Shown one piece after another: positions 17,742 to 27,476 of a stretch of 64,000 bases of DNA (the first letter of the stretch is position 1; the number at the start of each line of letters is the position of its first letter). Source of the DNA: an uncultured Chloroflexia bacterium (GTDB taxonomy: Bacteria > Chloroflexota > Dehalococcoidia > Dehalococcoidales > RBG-16-60-22); NCBI GenBank assembly GCA_963727315.1, contig CAVSFE010000002.1, forward strand, positions 139,674 through 203,673. The letters run 5' to 3'. The position numbers and the translations under genes were made by a program. The notes beneath the pieces were generated by a model, which was given only the letters and a program-made list of their open reading frames with translations, made no database searches and was not told the DNA's origin.

Positions 17742-20087
17742 ATGGATGATAAAAGCCTTGAGATGCTGGAGTTTCCCAGGATAAAGGAGATACTGGCCGG
17801 ATTCACGTCGTTTTCGGCGAGCCGGGAACTGGCACTCGCCCTGAATCCTCTCCGCGATTACGAACGTATTTCTCTATTGCTGAGGCAGACCGCCGAGGCG
17901 CGCCAACTGCTTAACCTCGACCGCGGTTTCTCCATCGGCAATATTCTTGACGTGCGGGAAAAGACCAGACTGGCCGCGCTGGAAGGCGTCCTGGAAACAG
18001 CCAGCCTGCTGGAAATCCAGCAAACGCTGGCCGCCCTCCACGAGCTGTACCGCTATCTGAAAAGCATACGCGGAGATTTTCCTTTGCTCTGGGACATCGG
18101 CGGGGGCATCGTCGAGCTGAGGCAAATCGAGAAAGATATCGGCAGCTGTCTCGGGCCGGACGGCGAAGTATTGGATACAGCGTCGCCGACATTATCGAGC
18201 ATCCGCCAGCAGCTGCGGGAGACGCGGGGACAGATACAGGAACGCCTCGAGGCCATCGTAACATCAACGAGGGGGAAGCGCATCCTCCAGGAAGATGTCA
18301 TCACCGAGCGGGAGGGGCGCTACGTCATCCTCGTCAAGACCGAGTGCCGCCACGAAATCAAAGGCATCGTCCACGACATCTCCAACACCGGCGCGACGGT
18401 ATTCATGGAACCGACCGTCACCGTGGGATTAGGTAATGCCATGAGGGAGCTAATCATCGAGGAGAGGCGCGAGATAGAGAAGATTTTACAGTTGCTAAGC
18501 GCCGAAGTGGGGGCGCACAGCGACGAGCTAACAAGAAATATAGAACTGGCGGCCGAGCTCGACCTGGTGCTGGCTAAAGCCAGGTACGCCAAAAGGATAA
18601 AGGCGACCGAGCCTGTAATCATCGAGCCGGATACCAAAAACAGGAATGGTTTTTTAAAGCTCGTCGATGCCCGGCACCCGCTGCTCGGGGACAAGGCCGT
18701 GCCCTTTTCGCTGGAAATCGGGCGTGACTTTTCCATACTCGTTATAACCGGACCAAATACCGGCGGCAAAACGGTCACTTTAAAGACACTCGGCCTGCTC
18801 AGCCTGATGGCCCAGGCAGGCATACCGATTCCCGCCTCCGGCGAAAGCCGGATACCGCTCTTCGACGGCATTTTCGCGGATATCGGCGACGAGCAGAGTA
18901 TCGAACAGACCCTCTCCAGCTTCAGCTGGCACATGGGCAACGTCGTCCGCGTCATCAAGGGCGCCACCGGCAAAAGCCTGGTCCTCCTCGACGAGCTGGG
19001 AACGAGCACCGACCCCGCCGAAGGCTCGGCACTGGCGCGGGCGATACTACGCTACTTTCTCGTCCGGGGGACACTGGCGGCCGCCACCACCCACTACAGC
19101 GACCTCAAGGCTTTCGCCCACGCGACCGCCGGATTTCAAAATGCCTCGCTGGAGTTCGACCCCGTAACGCTGACACCCACTTACAAACTGACGGTGGGGA
19201 CGCCGGGAGGCAGCAACGCCATGGCCACCGCCGCCCGACTCGGCATACCGATGGAGATCATCGACGATGCCCGGGGCATGCTGTCCGAAGGCAGCCAGGA
19301 GCTGGAAAAACTCCTCGGCAGCCTCATGGCCGAAAAACAAACCATAGAGTCGCTCCAGCGCGAGGTGAAGTCCGAGCGTGACGAATATAACCGGCGCAAC
19401 ACCGAGCTGAGCGTGGAACTCAAGCGCATCAAGACGGAAGAACGAAAAGCCATACGGGAAGCCCGTGATGCCATTGTCAAGGAGACGGCGGAGCTGCACC
19501 GGGAAATCCGGCAGGCGGCCGCGGAATTAAGGAAGGAAAAAAGCCGTGAAGGCATCGAGAAGGCGAAACGCGCCCTGGCCGGGGTACGAAAACAGCTCGA
19601 CAGCGAGGCCTGGCAGCCTAAAGTTGAAGAGGCAGAGCCGACCGACGAAGTCATAAAAGTCGGGGACACGGTGCAGGTCAAAGAGGTCGGCCTGATAGCC
19701 AGCGTGCTCTCAATCTCGGAAGACTCACGGGAAATCGAAGTGCAGTCGGGCCGGAGCAAAATGACACTCAGCCTCGACAGCGTGGCGAAAATAAAGCCGT
19801 CCGGGAAGGAGATACCCCTCGTGGGAATCCAGCCGGCCGCGCGAAGGGTACCAATGGAGTTCGACCTGCGCGGCAAGCGCGCCGACGAGGTGGAGCCGGC
19901 CCTGGACAGCTATCTCAACGACGCAGCGCAGTCGAACCTGACCGAGGTGCGCATCATCCACGGCATCGCCACGGGGACGGTGCGCAACATCGTGCGGGAG
20001 TTCCTGGCCAGGCACCCGCTGGTGAAGTCTTTCCGGGCGGGGGAGCGGAATGAAGGCGGGGACGGCGCGACGGTAGTCAGACTTTAA
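17742..20087 (+). CDS. mutS2: endonuclease MutS2 with C-terminal KOW and Smr domains
   Basis: LEMLEFPRI, ITGPNTGGKT, DIGDEQSI, LLDELG, ATTHY; Smr FDLRG...IIHG...G. Confidence 0.95.
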   Translation: MDDKSLEMLEFPRIKEILAGFTSFSASRELALALNPLRDYERISLLLRQTAEARQLLNLDRGFSIGNILDVREKTRLAALEGVLETASLLEIQQTLAALHELYRYLKSIRGDFPLLWDIGGGIVELRQIEKDIGSCLGPDGEVLDTASPTLSSIRQQLRETRGQIQERLEAIVTSTRGKRILQEDVITEREGRYVILVKTECRHEIKGIVHDISNTGATVFMEPTVTVGLGNAMRELIIEERREIEKILQLLSAEVGAHSDELTRNIELAAELDLVLAKARYAKRIKATEPVIIEPDTKNRNGFLKLVDARHPLLGDKAVPFSLEIGRDFSILVITGPNTGGKTVTLKTLGLLSLMAQAGIPIPASGESRIPLFDGIFADIGDEQSIEQTLSSFSWHMGNVVRVIKGATGKSLVLLDELGTSTDPAEGSALARAILRYFLVRGTLAAATTHYSDLKAFAHATAGFQNASLEFDPVTLTPTYKLTVGTPGGSNAMATAARLGIPMEIIDDARGMLSEGSQELEKLLGSLMAEKQTIESLQREVKSERDEYNRRNTELSVELKRIKTEERKAIREARDAIVKETAELHREIRQAAAELRKEKSREGIEKAKRALAGVRKQLDSEAWQPKVEEAEPTDEVIKVGDTVQVKEVGLIASVLSISEDSREIEVQSGRSKMTLSLDSVAKIKPSGKEIPLVGIQPAARRVPMEFDLRGKRADEVEPALDSYLNDAAQSNLTEVRIIHGIATGTVRNIVREFLARHPLVKSFRAGERNEGGDGATVVRL

Positions 20088-20105
20088 TCCGGGAGTGAAC
20101 TTATC

Positions 20106-20855
20106 ATGCTTAAAGCGAAAAGACGCCTGCTTAACAGGGCAAAAACACTGGACTATCTCCAGGGGCTGGCCGGCGTGCCCGGCGGGAAAGCCGCCAAGTT
20201 TTGCCTGCCTCCCCACCTGGCACCGGAAGAGACCCAGGGAGTTTGTAAACTGGGTGACATACCTGCGGATGTACACCCTCACCTGGTAAAGCTGGCCGCC
20301 GGCTCCGGGACAGGGTGCTACGTGCTCTGGAGCGCGGGACAAAAATGCCTGGTCGTCCCCCCGTTCCCGACGACCGAAAAACAGGTCACCCCAACACTGA
20401 ACCTGGCACAAATACGCTCCCAGCTGGAAAAAGACCTCACCATCGCCCTGGTATTAATACGTCTGGGCTCATACGCCATCGGCGTGTCCCGCGGCGAAAC
20501 CCTGCTAACGAGCAAGGTCGGCACCGGCCTAGTGCACGGCCGGCATCGGCAGGGAGGCTCATCGGCACACCGTTTCGAGCGGCACCGCGACAAGCAGATA
20601 GAGTACTTCCTCACCCGTGTTTGCCAGCACGCCCGTGAACAGATAGAACCATATGTAAAGTCGCTGGACTACATCGTTTACGGCGGCGCCCGAACGACCA
20701 TACTCCTGCTGCAGAAACAATGTCCTTTATTAGGCAAGCTGGAAACACCCACCCTGCCACCGCTGCTGGACATACCAGAACCGAGGCAGGCGGTGCTGGA
20801 AAACGCCATCAGCCGCGTCTGGTCAAGCACGGTCTACGAATGGCAAGAGGCCTGA
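20106..20855 (+). CDS. eRF1/Vms1-like release-factor homologue (acVLRF1 type)
   Basis: LVLIRLGSYAIGV...SKVGTGLVHGRHRQGGSSAHRFERHR...IVYGG pattern of actinobacterial/chloroflexal VLRF1. Confidence 0.8.
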   Translation: MLKAKRRLLNRAKTLDYLQGLAGVPGGKAAKFCLPPHLAPEETQGVCKLGDIPADVHPHLVKLAAGSGTGCYVLWSAGQKCLVVPPFPTTEKQVTPTLNLAQIRSQLEKDLTIALVLIRLGSYAIGVSRGETLLTSKVGTGLVHGRHRQGGSSAHRFERHRDKQIEYFLTRVCQHAREQIEPYVKSLDYIVYGGARTTILLLQKQCPLLGKLETPTLPPLLDIPEPRQAVLENAISRVWSSTVYEWQEA

Positions 20856-21553
20856 GATGCCTTTGCCATCAACCTCTTGAGCTGCTCGACCGCCGGCGGC
20901 AGGACCTGGCCGATGGCTTCGGAGAAACGCAGGTGGGCATGCCCATCGAAAGGCGTCTCGCCCTGGTTGATGATGACCAGCCTGGCACCGGCTTCCAAGG
21001 CCACCGCGGGCATGTCCGCCGCCGGATAGACGACCAAACTCGAACCCACCACAATAAAGAGGTCGCACTTCTGCGAATGCTTATATGATTCGGCGAGGTC
21101 TTTAGCCGGCAGAGAGTCGCCGAAGTTAACGACCGTGGACACCAGCCTGCCCCCGCACAGGGGACAGGCTCTCTCCCCCTCCATCCGGTCCATCTTAAAG
21201 TCGCACCCCACGCAGCGCACCCTGGTGAGGTTGCCGTGGAGCTCCGCCAGAAGCTCCGGCCGGATGCCGGACTTCAGGTGCAGGTTGTCCACGTTCTGGG
21301 AGATGAGGAAAGCCAGCTTGCCCAGACTATGAAGGTCGGCGATGGCAAAATGTCCCGTATTGGGACTCACGCCGGTAAAGTCCTGCTGTGGCGTGGGCAG
21401 GCCTTTATCGCGGCGCGTCCAGAGGCCGTCCGGACCACGGAAATCGCGCAGGCCGGACTCCGTGCTGATGCCGGCGCCAGTGAACACGACGAGGTAATTC
21501 GATTCGTGCATCCACTGCGCCAGCTTGCCGATTCTGTCACTCAAATCCGACAT
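20834..21553 (-). CDS. cobB: Sir2-family NAD-dependent protein deacylase
   Basis: GAGISTESG, DFRG, SQNVD, ELHG, CxxC...CxxC, VGSSL. Confidence 0.9.
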   Translation of the reverse strand: MSDLSDRIGKLAQWMHESNYLVVFTGAGISTESGLRDFRGPDGLWTRRDKGLPTPQQDFTGVSPNTGHFAIADLHSLGKLAFLISQNVDNLHLKSGIRPELLAELHGNLTRVRCVGCDFKMDRMEGERACPLCGGRLVSTVVNFGDSLPAKDLAESYKHSQKCDLFIVVGSSLVVYPAADMPAVALEAGARLVIINQGETPFDGHAHLRFSEAIGQVLPPAVEQLKRLMAKASQASCHS

Positions 21554-21643
21554 GATAAAATACTCCTGCCTCTATTTAAATAATATAATTTGAAAAAACG
21601 CGGCGTCAATTTACATGTCACTAATAAATGATTGATTTTCTCG

Positions 21644-21724
21644 CCTCACCCCCTTTATCCCCTCTCCGCAAGCGGAGAGGGGGAAGAGTAAGAAGAGGGG
21701 TCGTGACCCCTCTTAGACACCCCG
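21644..21724. repeat. REP-like double-hairpin element, copy A
   Basis: CCTCACCCCC..CCCCTCTCC-GCAAGC-GGAGAGGGG..AGAGGGG-TCGTGA-CCCCTCT. Confidence 0.8.
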
Positions 21725-21780
21725 ATCTAATATGGCGGAAAAACAGGCGGTTGTATTAATATATAACAAAGAGACTTCGC

Positions 21781-23052
21781 ATGGACCAGACGAATTTTAA
21801 AAGAACGGTCATTATCTTCGTTTTCATTCATATATTTATTTTTCTCGTCCTGCTGCCGCTGCTGGCCCATTATTTCTATCCCGGCACCGGAGGGCTCGAA
21901 AACTACATCGCCCAGCTGATGCGAGGCGGCCAGATACCCTACCACGATTTTGCCAGCGAATACCCGCCGCTGGCTCTCCTTAGCTTCCTTTTACCAGGGC
22001 TGATTACAACTTCAATAGTGGCGTATGCCTGGTTATTCGCCGCCGAGCTGATGATATTCGATCTCATCGCCCTGTTCATGATAGCCGACCTCGCTTCCAC
22101 CCTGAAAATCTCCATGAAAAATACGCTATCGGTCTACACCCTGCTTATATTAGCGGTCGGGCCGATACTGGTGGGGCGCTACGACCTCCTGCCCGCCATG
22201 CTGGTGCTGGCGGCGGTATGGGCATTCATCAAAGGTAAAAACAAGCTGGCCTGGGCGGCCGCCGCGCTGGGCTTCGCGGCCAAACTATATCCGATAATCA
22301 TCGTCCCGATTTTCTTTATTTACCAGGTGAAAAACAGGCAGTACAGTCGACTCATTAAAGGCGGGGCGGCCTTCGTAATAACGCTCCTGGTCCTTTTCCT
22401 GCCCTGGATAATCATCGACGGGAGCGGCTTCTGGCACTCCTTCACCTATCATTTCGAAAGAGGGCTCCACTCCGAGAGCACCTACGGCACCGTGCTCCTG
22501 GCAGGCCAGGTGCTGGGCCTGACGAAAGTCGAAGGGGCGCTGACCTTCGGCTCCTGGAACCTGAGCTCACCGCTGGCGGACAGCCTGGCGAAAATATCGT
22601 TTCCTCTAACGGCAGCCATTCTGCTTATCGTCTACGGACTATTTACCTGGCGGCTCCGGAAGGACTCAGACGAAAATCCAATAACTAAGATAACAGGATC
22701 GTCCGCGGTCACTCTCCTCCAATATACGGCGCTGGCGGTCACCGTGTTCATGCTGACGAACAAAGTCTTCTCCGCCCAGTACATGGCCTGGCTCTGTCCC
22801 CTGCTGCCGTTAGTCGTCGGAGGAAGACAGCTCCTGATACCGTCGCTTTTTATGCTGGCGGGAGTACTGACGCAGTACGTTTATCCCTATAACTACATAG
22901 GGTTCGAACTGGGAGAATCGCTGCCGGTATCCATACTGCTCCTCCGGAACCTGCTCTTAATCATCATGGCCGTGCTGATTGCCCTGGCCAACCCCAATAA
23001 AGACAGCCTTTACCAGAGGCCGGGCAACAGGGCTTTACGCTCCGGGGGATAA
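21781..23052 (+). CDS. glycosyltransferase family 87 (GT-C, polyprenyl-phosphate-sugar dependent) membrane protein
   Basis: PYHDFASEYPPLA, RYDLLP, KLYP, KVFSAQYMAW; about 11 TM segments. Confidence 0.8.
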   Translation: MDQTNFKRTVIIFVFIHIFIFLVLLPLLAHYFYPGTGGLENYIAQLMRGGQIPYHDFASEYPPLALLSFLLPGLITTSIVAYAWLFAAELMIFDLIALFMIADLASTLKISMKNTLSVYTLLILAVGPILVGRYDLLPAMLVLAAVWAFIKGKNKLAWAAAALGFAAKLYPIIIVPIFFIYQVKNRQYSRLIKGGAAFVITLLVLFLPWIIIDGSGFWHSFTYHFERGLHSESTYGTVLLAGQVLGLTKVEGALTFGSWNLSSPLADSLAKISFPLTAAILLIVYGLFTWRLRKDSDENPITKITGSSAVTLLQYTALAVTVFMLTNKVFSAQYMAWLCPLLPLVVGGRQLLIPSLFMLAGVLTQYVYPYNYIGFELGESLPVSILLLRNLLLIIMAVLIALANPNKDSLYQRPGNRALRSGG

Positions 23053-23768
23053 TCGGGAAAGGTCGCATGATACCAGGCATGATGAGCCCTCGCCCGCGGT
23101 ACTAAGTTGGCCGCCGTCCAGAAAGCGAAAGCCAGACCCGGCAGCGACCAGGTCGCCAACGCCCAGCCGGTCCAGATGATGATTTCACCGAGATAGTTGG
23201 GGCTGGAAACCCAGCGGTAGAGCCGGTCATGGGATATTTTGTACCCCGGTTCGCCGGGGTTCCGTAACTCCCGCAGGACATAATCGGCCCGGCGGTTAAT
23301 GATGTAACCGATGATGAACAGGGCTGTTCCCAGGATAAAGCGCGGGTCAATGAGCCACGAACTATCATAGCCGCCGGAAAAGGTGAAGATATAGCGGCCG
23401 TTCAGGTAGCCGTTCATGACGTTGAAAATAAACCCGAAGCCCATAATTACCAGCGGCATGCGTTTAGCCGGGCCGCGCAGTCCGAAGGGATAGATAAAAG
23501 CCCGGTGCAGGTAATGCGCCTCCCAGAGAACGAGGAAGGCAAGGCTGACGGCGTTAACAGAATCGCCGAGAAAAGCAAACACCGCGAAGACAATCGGCGC
23601 CGGGGCTTCCATGAGCACCCAGCCCAGTTTATTATCGATGGTGATGCCCCAGCCACGCCGGATATGGCGTCCGTACGGGGCGGCGATAAAGAAGAGCAGC
23701 ACAAAAACGACCACGCCAACGATGAACCATCCCACCAGCAGACCGTGAAAAACGTCCAGTTCGGTCAC
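23010..23768 (-). CDS. 3-oxo-5-alpha-steroid 4-dehydrogenase (steroid 5-alpha-reductase family)
   Basis: APYGRH, WVLMEAP, HYLHRAFIY, FNVMNGYLN, PNYLGEIIIW, HHAWY, RKALLP; GTG at 23768 overlaps the upstream stop (GTGA). Confidence 0.88.
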   Translation of the reverse strand: MTELDVFHGLLVGWFIVGVVVFVLLFFIAAPYGRHIRRGWGITIDNKLGWVLMEAPAPIVFAVFAFLGDSVNAVSLAFLVLWEAHYLHRAFIYPFGLRGPAKRMPLVIMGFGFIFNVMNGYLNGRYIFTFSGGYDSSWLIDPRFILGTALFIIGYIINRRADYVLRELRNPGEPGYKISHDRLYRWVSSPNYLGEIIIWTGWALATWSLPGLAFAFWTAANLVPRARAHHAWYHATFPDYPPERKALLPGLW

Positions 23769-24778
23769 CGGGGACTCCCGGTTTTTAAAAGCGCCGGGCT
23801 TGAAAGCTGTCCGTTTTCCTCGAACCAGCGCAGGGTGTCGGCCAGCGTTTCCCGGAAAGGACGCGGCTGATAGCCCAGCTCGCGGGTGGCCTTGTCGTGG
23901 CTGATGCGCCGATTGCTTTTCAACGCCCGTAGGGAGGCGCCGGTATAAAGCGGGGGTTTGCCGCTCACGCGACTTATCCCCTGAATTATCGGGGCGCCGG
24001 CCCGCGCCAGCCAGAGCGGACAGACGAACTTGGTAGCGGGCACGCCGGTAATTTCCGCCACGCCGGCGGCAATATCGCACATCGATACCCAGTGCCCGGA
24101 AAGCAAATAGCCGGCGCCAGGCGGCGCGCTTGCCTCGGCGATCAGCGCTCCCGCGACGACGTCCCGTACGTCCACCCAGTCGAACCCGCCGGTGACCAGC
24201 GCCGGCAGTCTATGCCTGGCGAGCAAAAGCAGGGCTTCGCCGAAATACGAGGGCTCATAATCGTAGGGACCGAGAATCGCCGTAGGGTAGATAATAACGG
24301 CATCCAGCCCGCGCTCGATAGCCCGCCGCACCAATAGCTCCGCGGCGGCCTTGGAACGGTCGTAGGGCGGGCAGCGCCGCGACGCCACCAGCGGGCGCGA
24401 CTCGTCAACCGGGACTGACAGCGGCTCCTGTTGCAGGGCATGGATAGAGCTGAAATGTACCAGCCGACGCACACCGGCCTTCAGGCAGGCTTCGACGACG
24501 TTGTGAGTGCCGGCGACATTTACCGCCTCCAGCGCCGGCCAATCGTCCATCGACAAGGATATACGGGCGGCCAGGTGATAGACGACATCGGCGCCCTGAA
24601 AAGCCCAGCACAGAGAATCGAGGTCGGAGACGTCACCGGCGACCGTCTCGACGGCCAGGCCATCGATGGGCCGGGAATTTACGTGCACCAGGCAGCGCAC
24701 CGGGCGGCCCTGAGCAATCAAAGCGCGTACCAAGTTGGCACCGAGATGCCCGGTCGCGCCGGTAACGACCACGGTCAT
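23765..24778 (-). CDS. NAD-dependent epimerase/dehydratase (extended SDR, 3-beta-HSD/HpnA-like)
   Basis: TGATGHLG, YHLAA, HFSS, YDRSK, GGFDWVDVRDV. Confidence 0.88.
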   Translation of the reverse strand: MTVVVTGATGHLGANLVRALIAQGRPVRCLVHVNSRPIDGLAVETVAGDVSDLDSLCWAFQGADVVYHLAARISLSMDDWPALEAVNVAGTHNVVEACLKAGVRRLVHFSSIHALQQEPLSVPVDESRPLVASRRCPPYDRSKAAAELLVRRAIERGLDAVIIYPTAILGPYDYEPSYFGEALLLLARHRLPALVTGGFDWVDVRDVVAGALIAEASAPPGAGYLLSGHWVSMCDIAAGVAEITGVPATKFVCPLWLARAGAPIIQGISRVSGKPPLYTGASLRALKSNRRISHDKATRELGYQPRPFRETLADTLRWFEENGQLSSPALLKTGSPR

Positions 24779-24877
24779 ACGAACCCATTATAGCATAGAT
24801 GCTCTAGGTGAAGACAAGGCCATACCCGATTGCCACTGTTCGAGGAAAGATGATACGATGATTAAAAGAACCCTCAA

Positions 24878-26083
24878 ATGATACGAAAACACAGTCCGAA
24901 TTACCGCTGGTACATCCTGGCGGTCACCATGCTCACCTACGGCATCGTCACCGGGGCCGCCAGGCTATGCATGCCGGTGCTTTTCAAGCAGATATCCGAT
25001 GAACTGGGGCTAAGCATTACCCAGATCGGCACGATATGGGGCATGGACCCGCTGGCCGGTATTTTCATCGGGCTGCCGGGCGGGCTCCTGGCCGACCGCT
25101 TCGGCGTGAGACGCACCATAGCGATCGTTTGCATCCTGGCCGGAATTTTCGGCGCCCTGAGGGGAATATCGGTCAACTTCATGAGCATGGCGGCCCTCAT
25201 GTTCCTGTTCGGGCTGATGGCAGCGGCGGCGCCCAGCGTCATACCCAAGGTCACGGCCGAATGGTTCGGCGGGCGGCAGCTTGGGCTGGCCAACGCCCTG
25301 CTGAACGTCGCCTGGGGCGTCGGCGCCATGGCCGCCACCATATCCAGCGCCACGGTGCTATCGCCGCTCCTGGGAAGCTGGAGATGGGTATTGCTGTTTT
25401 ACGGCGTGCCCTGCGTGCTAATAGGGCTGCTCTGGCTGACCACGCGGGAGCCTACCGCCAGCGAACTGCCCGATACCACGGCGAACAAGATACCGTTTAA
25501 AGAGGCGATATCGCGGGTATTAAGGATAAAAGATGTCTGGCTCGTCGGGCTGATGACTACGTTCCTCTGGGGAGCCAGCATGGGGCTCATCGGCTACCTG
25601 CCGCTCTATTTGCGGAACATCGGCTGGACGCCGGCCAGCGCCGACAGCGTCATCACCGTTTTCAGCGGCGTGAACACCATCGGCGTGTTACCGATGGTGC
25701 TGCTCTCGGATAAAATCCGCTCGCGCAAAATCATAGTTTTTATCTCGATCACGGCGGTAATCGTCACCCTGGCCCTGATACCCACAGCGGGCACGGCGGG
25801 GATATGGGTGCTGGTCATCGCCTGCGGGTTTTTAAGGAGCGGCGGGGCCGCCCTGTTCAACGTGATAATCTTCGAGATCGAGGGGGTCGGCAGCACCTAC
25901 GGCGGCACCGCCCTCGGGCTGGCCAACACCATTTCCATGGTCGGCGCTTTCCTCGCCCCGCCCATCGGCAACAGCCTAGCCGATATCAACCCGGGCTATC
26001 CATTTTACTTCTGGTCCGCCCTGGCGGCCATGTCATTACCGCTGGTCTTCTTCATCAAGAACCGCACCGGACAATCTCGATAG
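24878..26083 (+). CDS. MFS transporter (12 TMS)
   Basis: GLLADRFGVRR motif A; repeated LSDKIRSRK in the second half. Confidence 0.9.
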   Translation: MIRKHSPNYRWYILAVTMLTYGIVTGAARLCMPVLFKQISDELGLSITQIGTIWGMDPLAGIFIGLPGGLLADRFGVRRTIAIVCILAGIFGALRGISVNFMSMAALMFLFGLMAAAAPSVIPKVTAEWFGGRQLGLANALLNVAWGVGAMAATISSATVLSPLLGSWRWVLLFYGVPCVLIGLLWLTTREPTASELPDTTANKIPFKEAISRVLRIKDVWLVGLMTTFLWGASMGLIGYLPLYLRNIGWTPASADSVITVFSGVNTIGVLPMVLLSDKIRSRKIIVFISITAVIVTLALIPTAGTAGIWVLVIACGFLRSGGAALFNVIIFEIEGVGSTYGGTALGLANTISMVGAFLAPPIGNSLADINPGYPFYFWSALAAMSLPLVFFIKNRTGQSR

Positions 26084-26194
26084 CATAATTCAACTCCGTT
26101 ACATTGTTTCCCATTTAGTTTGTGAGGTACCTGTGACGTTTGTGCTATTGTTTGTGATTGCCGTGTAAGATACACTTTATAAACTTAAATACGC

Positions 26195-26401
26195 ATGAAC
26201 AATACCGGCGATAAAACCACCCGAACGAGGGTAATACAGGAATACAGCTACTGCCCGCACTGCGGCCGCAAAGGACTCTATCACCTTCACGGGAAGTACT
26301 GCCGCTGCCGCTATTGCGGCCTTTACCGGATACTGCTGCGCGAATCAGACTTCTGGGACAAGCTGGCGTTCATGGCGCCGGCGCAGAAACGGGGCGCCTG
26401 A
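26195..26401 (+). CDS. small Cys-rich hypothetical protein (possible zinc ribbon)
   Basis: CPHC...CRCRYC; AT-rich upstream region; no recognised family. Confidence 0.4.
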   Translation: MNNTGDKTTRTRVIQEYSYCPHCGRKGLYHLHGKYCRCRYCGLYRILLRESDFWDKLAFMAPAQKRGA

Positions 26402-26612
26402 AGATGAGGCTGCTAAAAGATTGGCTGGCCTTCATGTACAGCCTGCTCGATATCCTGGCCTACCGGCTGACCTTTCGCTGAGCCCTCAAGTATTACCGAT
26501 TAGCTTTTACGTTCTCCGGCGAAGCAAGGGTCGCCTCGTACTCCGCAAGGAATAAAAGGGTGAATGATACTCATACGAGGCTCAACCATGCTTCGCCTGA
26601 TAATTCGTTTTT

Positions 26613-27014
26613 TTAGCTGGCGGCCATTATCTTTACCAGGATACTACGGCTCCTGGGGCCGTCAAACTCCGCGAAGAAAATGCCCTGCCACGTCCCCAGC
26701 ACCAGTTCACCGGACTCGATGAACAACGTCCTGGAATCCCCCAGGATGCCGGCTTTGATATGCGCCGGTGAGTTCCCCTCCGTATGACGGTAGCTTTTAT
26801 GCTGCGGCACCATCGCGTCCAGCTGCGCGGCGATGTCCTCGACGACGGCGGGGTCGGCGTGCTCGTTGACTAACAGGCCGGCGGTGGTATGCGGCACGAA
26901 GATGAAACACAGGCCGTTCCTGACGCCGCTGGCCGCGACGACATCGCGTACCTTCGAGGTTATGTCCTGGAACTCAACGCGGGAGCGGGTCTTTATTTCA
27001 ATCTTCTTAAGCAT
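26613..27014 (-). CDS. yjbQ: YjbQ/UPF0047 family protein (secondary thiamine-phosphate synthase)
   Basis: FVPHTTAG, NSPAHIK, LGTWQGIFFAEFDGPR. Confidence 0.92.
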   Translation of the reverse strand: MLKKIEIKTRSRVEFQDITSKVRDVVAASGVRNGLCFIFVPHTTAGLLVNEHADPAVVEDIAAQLDAMVPQHKSYRHTEGNSPAHIKAGILGDSRTLFIESGELVLGTWQGIFFAEFDGPRSRSILVKIMAAS

Positions 27015-27016
27015 CC

Positions 27017-27205
27017 GATTCGTTATTCGTTTTTTATTTTTTTATTTTTGGGTCTTATAGCTAACCCGTAGCTAAATATTCGTTTTTCGTTTTATGTCAA
27101 ATCAGCTTCAAATCCGGGGATTCGTTTTTCGATTTATGTAAATCAATTTTTTAGTTATCAGTTTACAGTTACAGTATATATGGAATGGAGGATAAAAGGA
27201 AGATG
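27017..27205 (-). repeat. AT-rich dispersed non-coding repeat, copy 2 (forms the yjbQ upstream region)
   Basis: Reverse complement aligns with 10165-10360. Confidence 0.75.
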
Positions 27206-27214
27206 TTTTTGTCA

Positions 27215-27380
27215 CCTCACCCCCTAACCCCCTCTCCAAACAGCCGTATAGTGCAAGGCGAGTGATTTAATGTTTGGAGAGGGGGAGAGAAAAAGAGGGG
27301 CTGACGCCCCTCTTAAACGCCCCGACAGCAATATTATTTATATGGGTGGAAAGAGGGGTTTCGCCCCTCTTAGACGCCCC
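27215..27380. repeat. REP-like double-hairpin element, copy B, with an extra copy of the second hairpin
   Basis: CCCCTCTCCAAACA...TGTTTGGAGAGGGG; AGAGGGG-CTGACG-CCCCTCT; AGAGGGG-TTTCG-CCCCTCT. Confidence 0.8.
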
Positions 27381-27476
27381 TTAATCTTAAATGGATAGCT
27401 CGCAGGTAATAACGCATCAAGAGTCTATCTTGAAAGTCGGCAGGAAACGCGTTAAACTATAAACAGGAGACCAGTA

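Noticed and set aside
20834-21553. Sir2 as a defence NADase (ThsA/DSR-like) partnering the TIR
   Set aside because: Short canonical CobB-type deacylase with Zn ribbon, no effector fusion, 14 kb from the TIR gene
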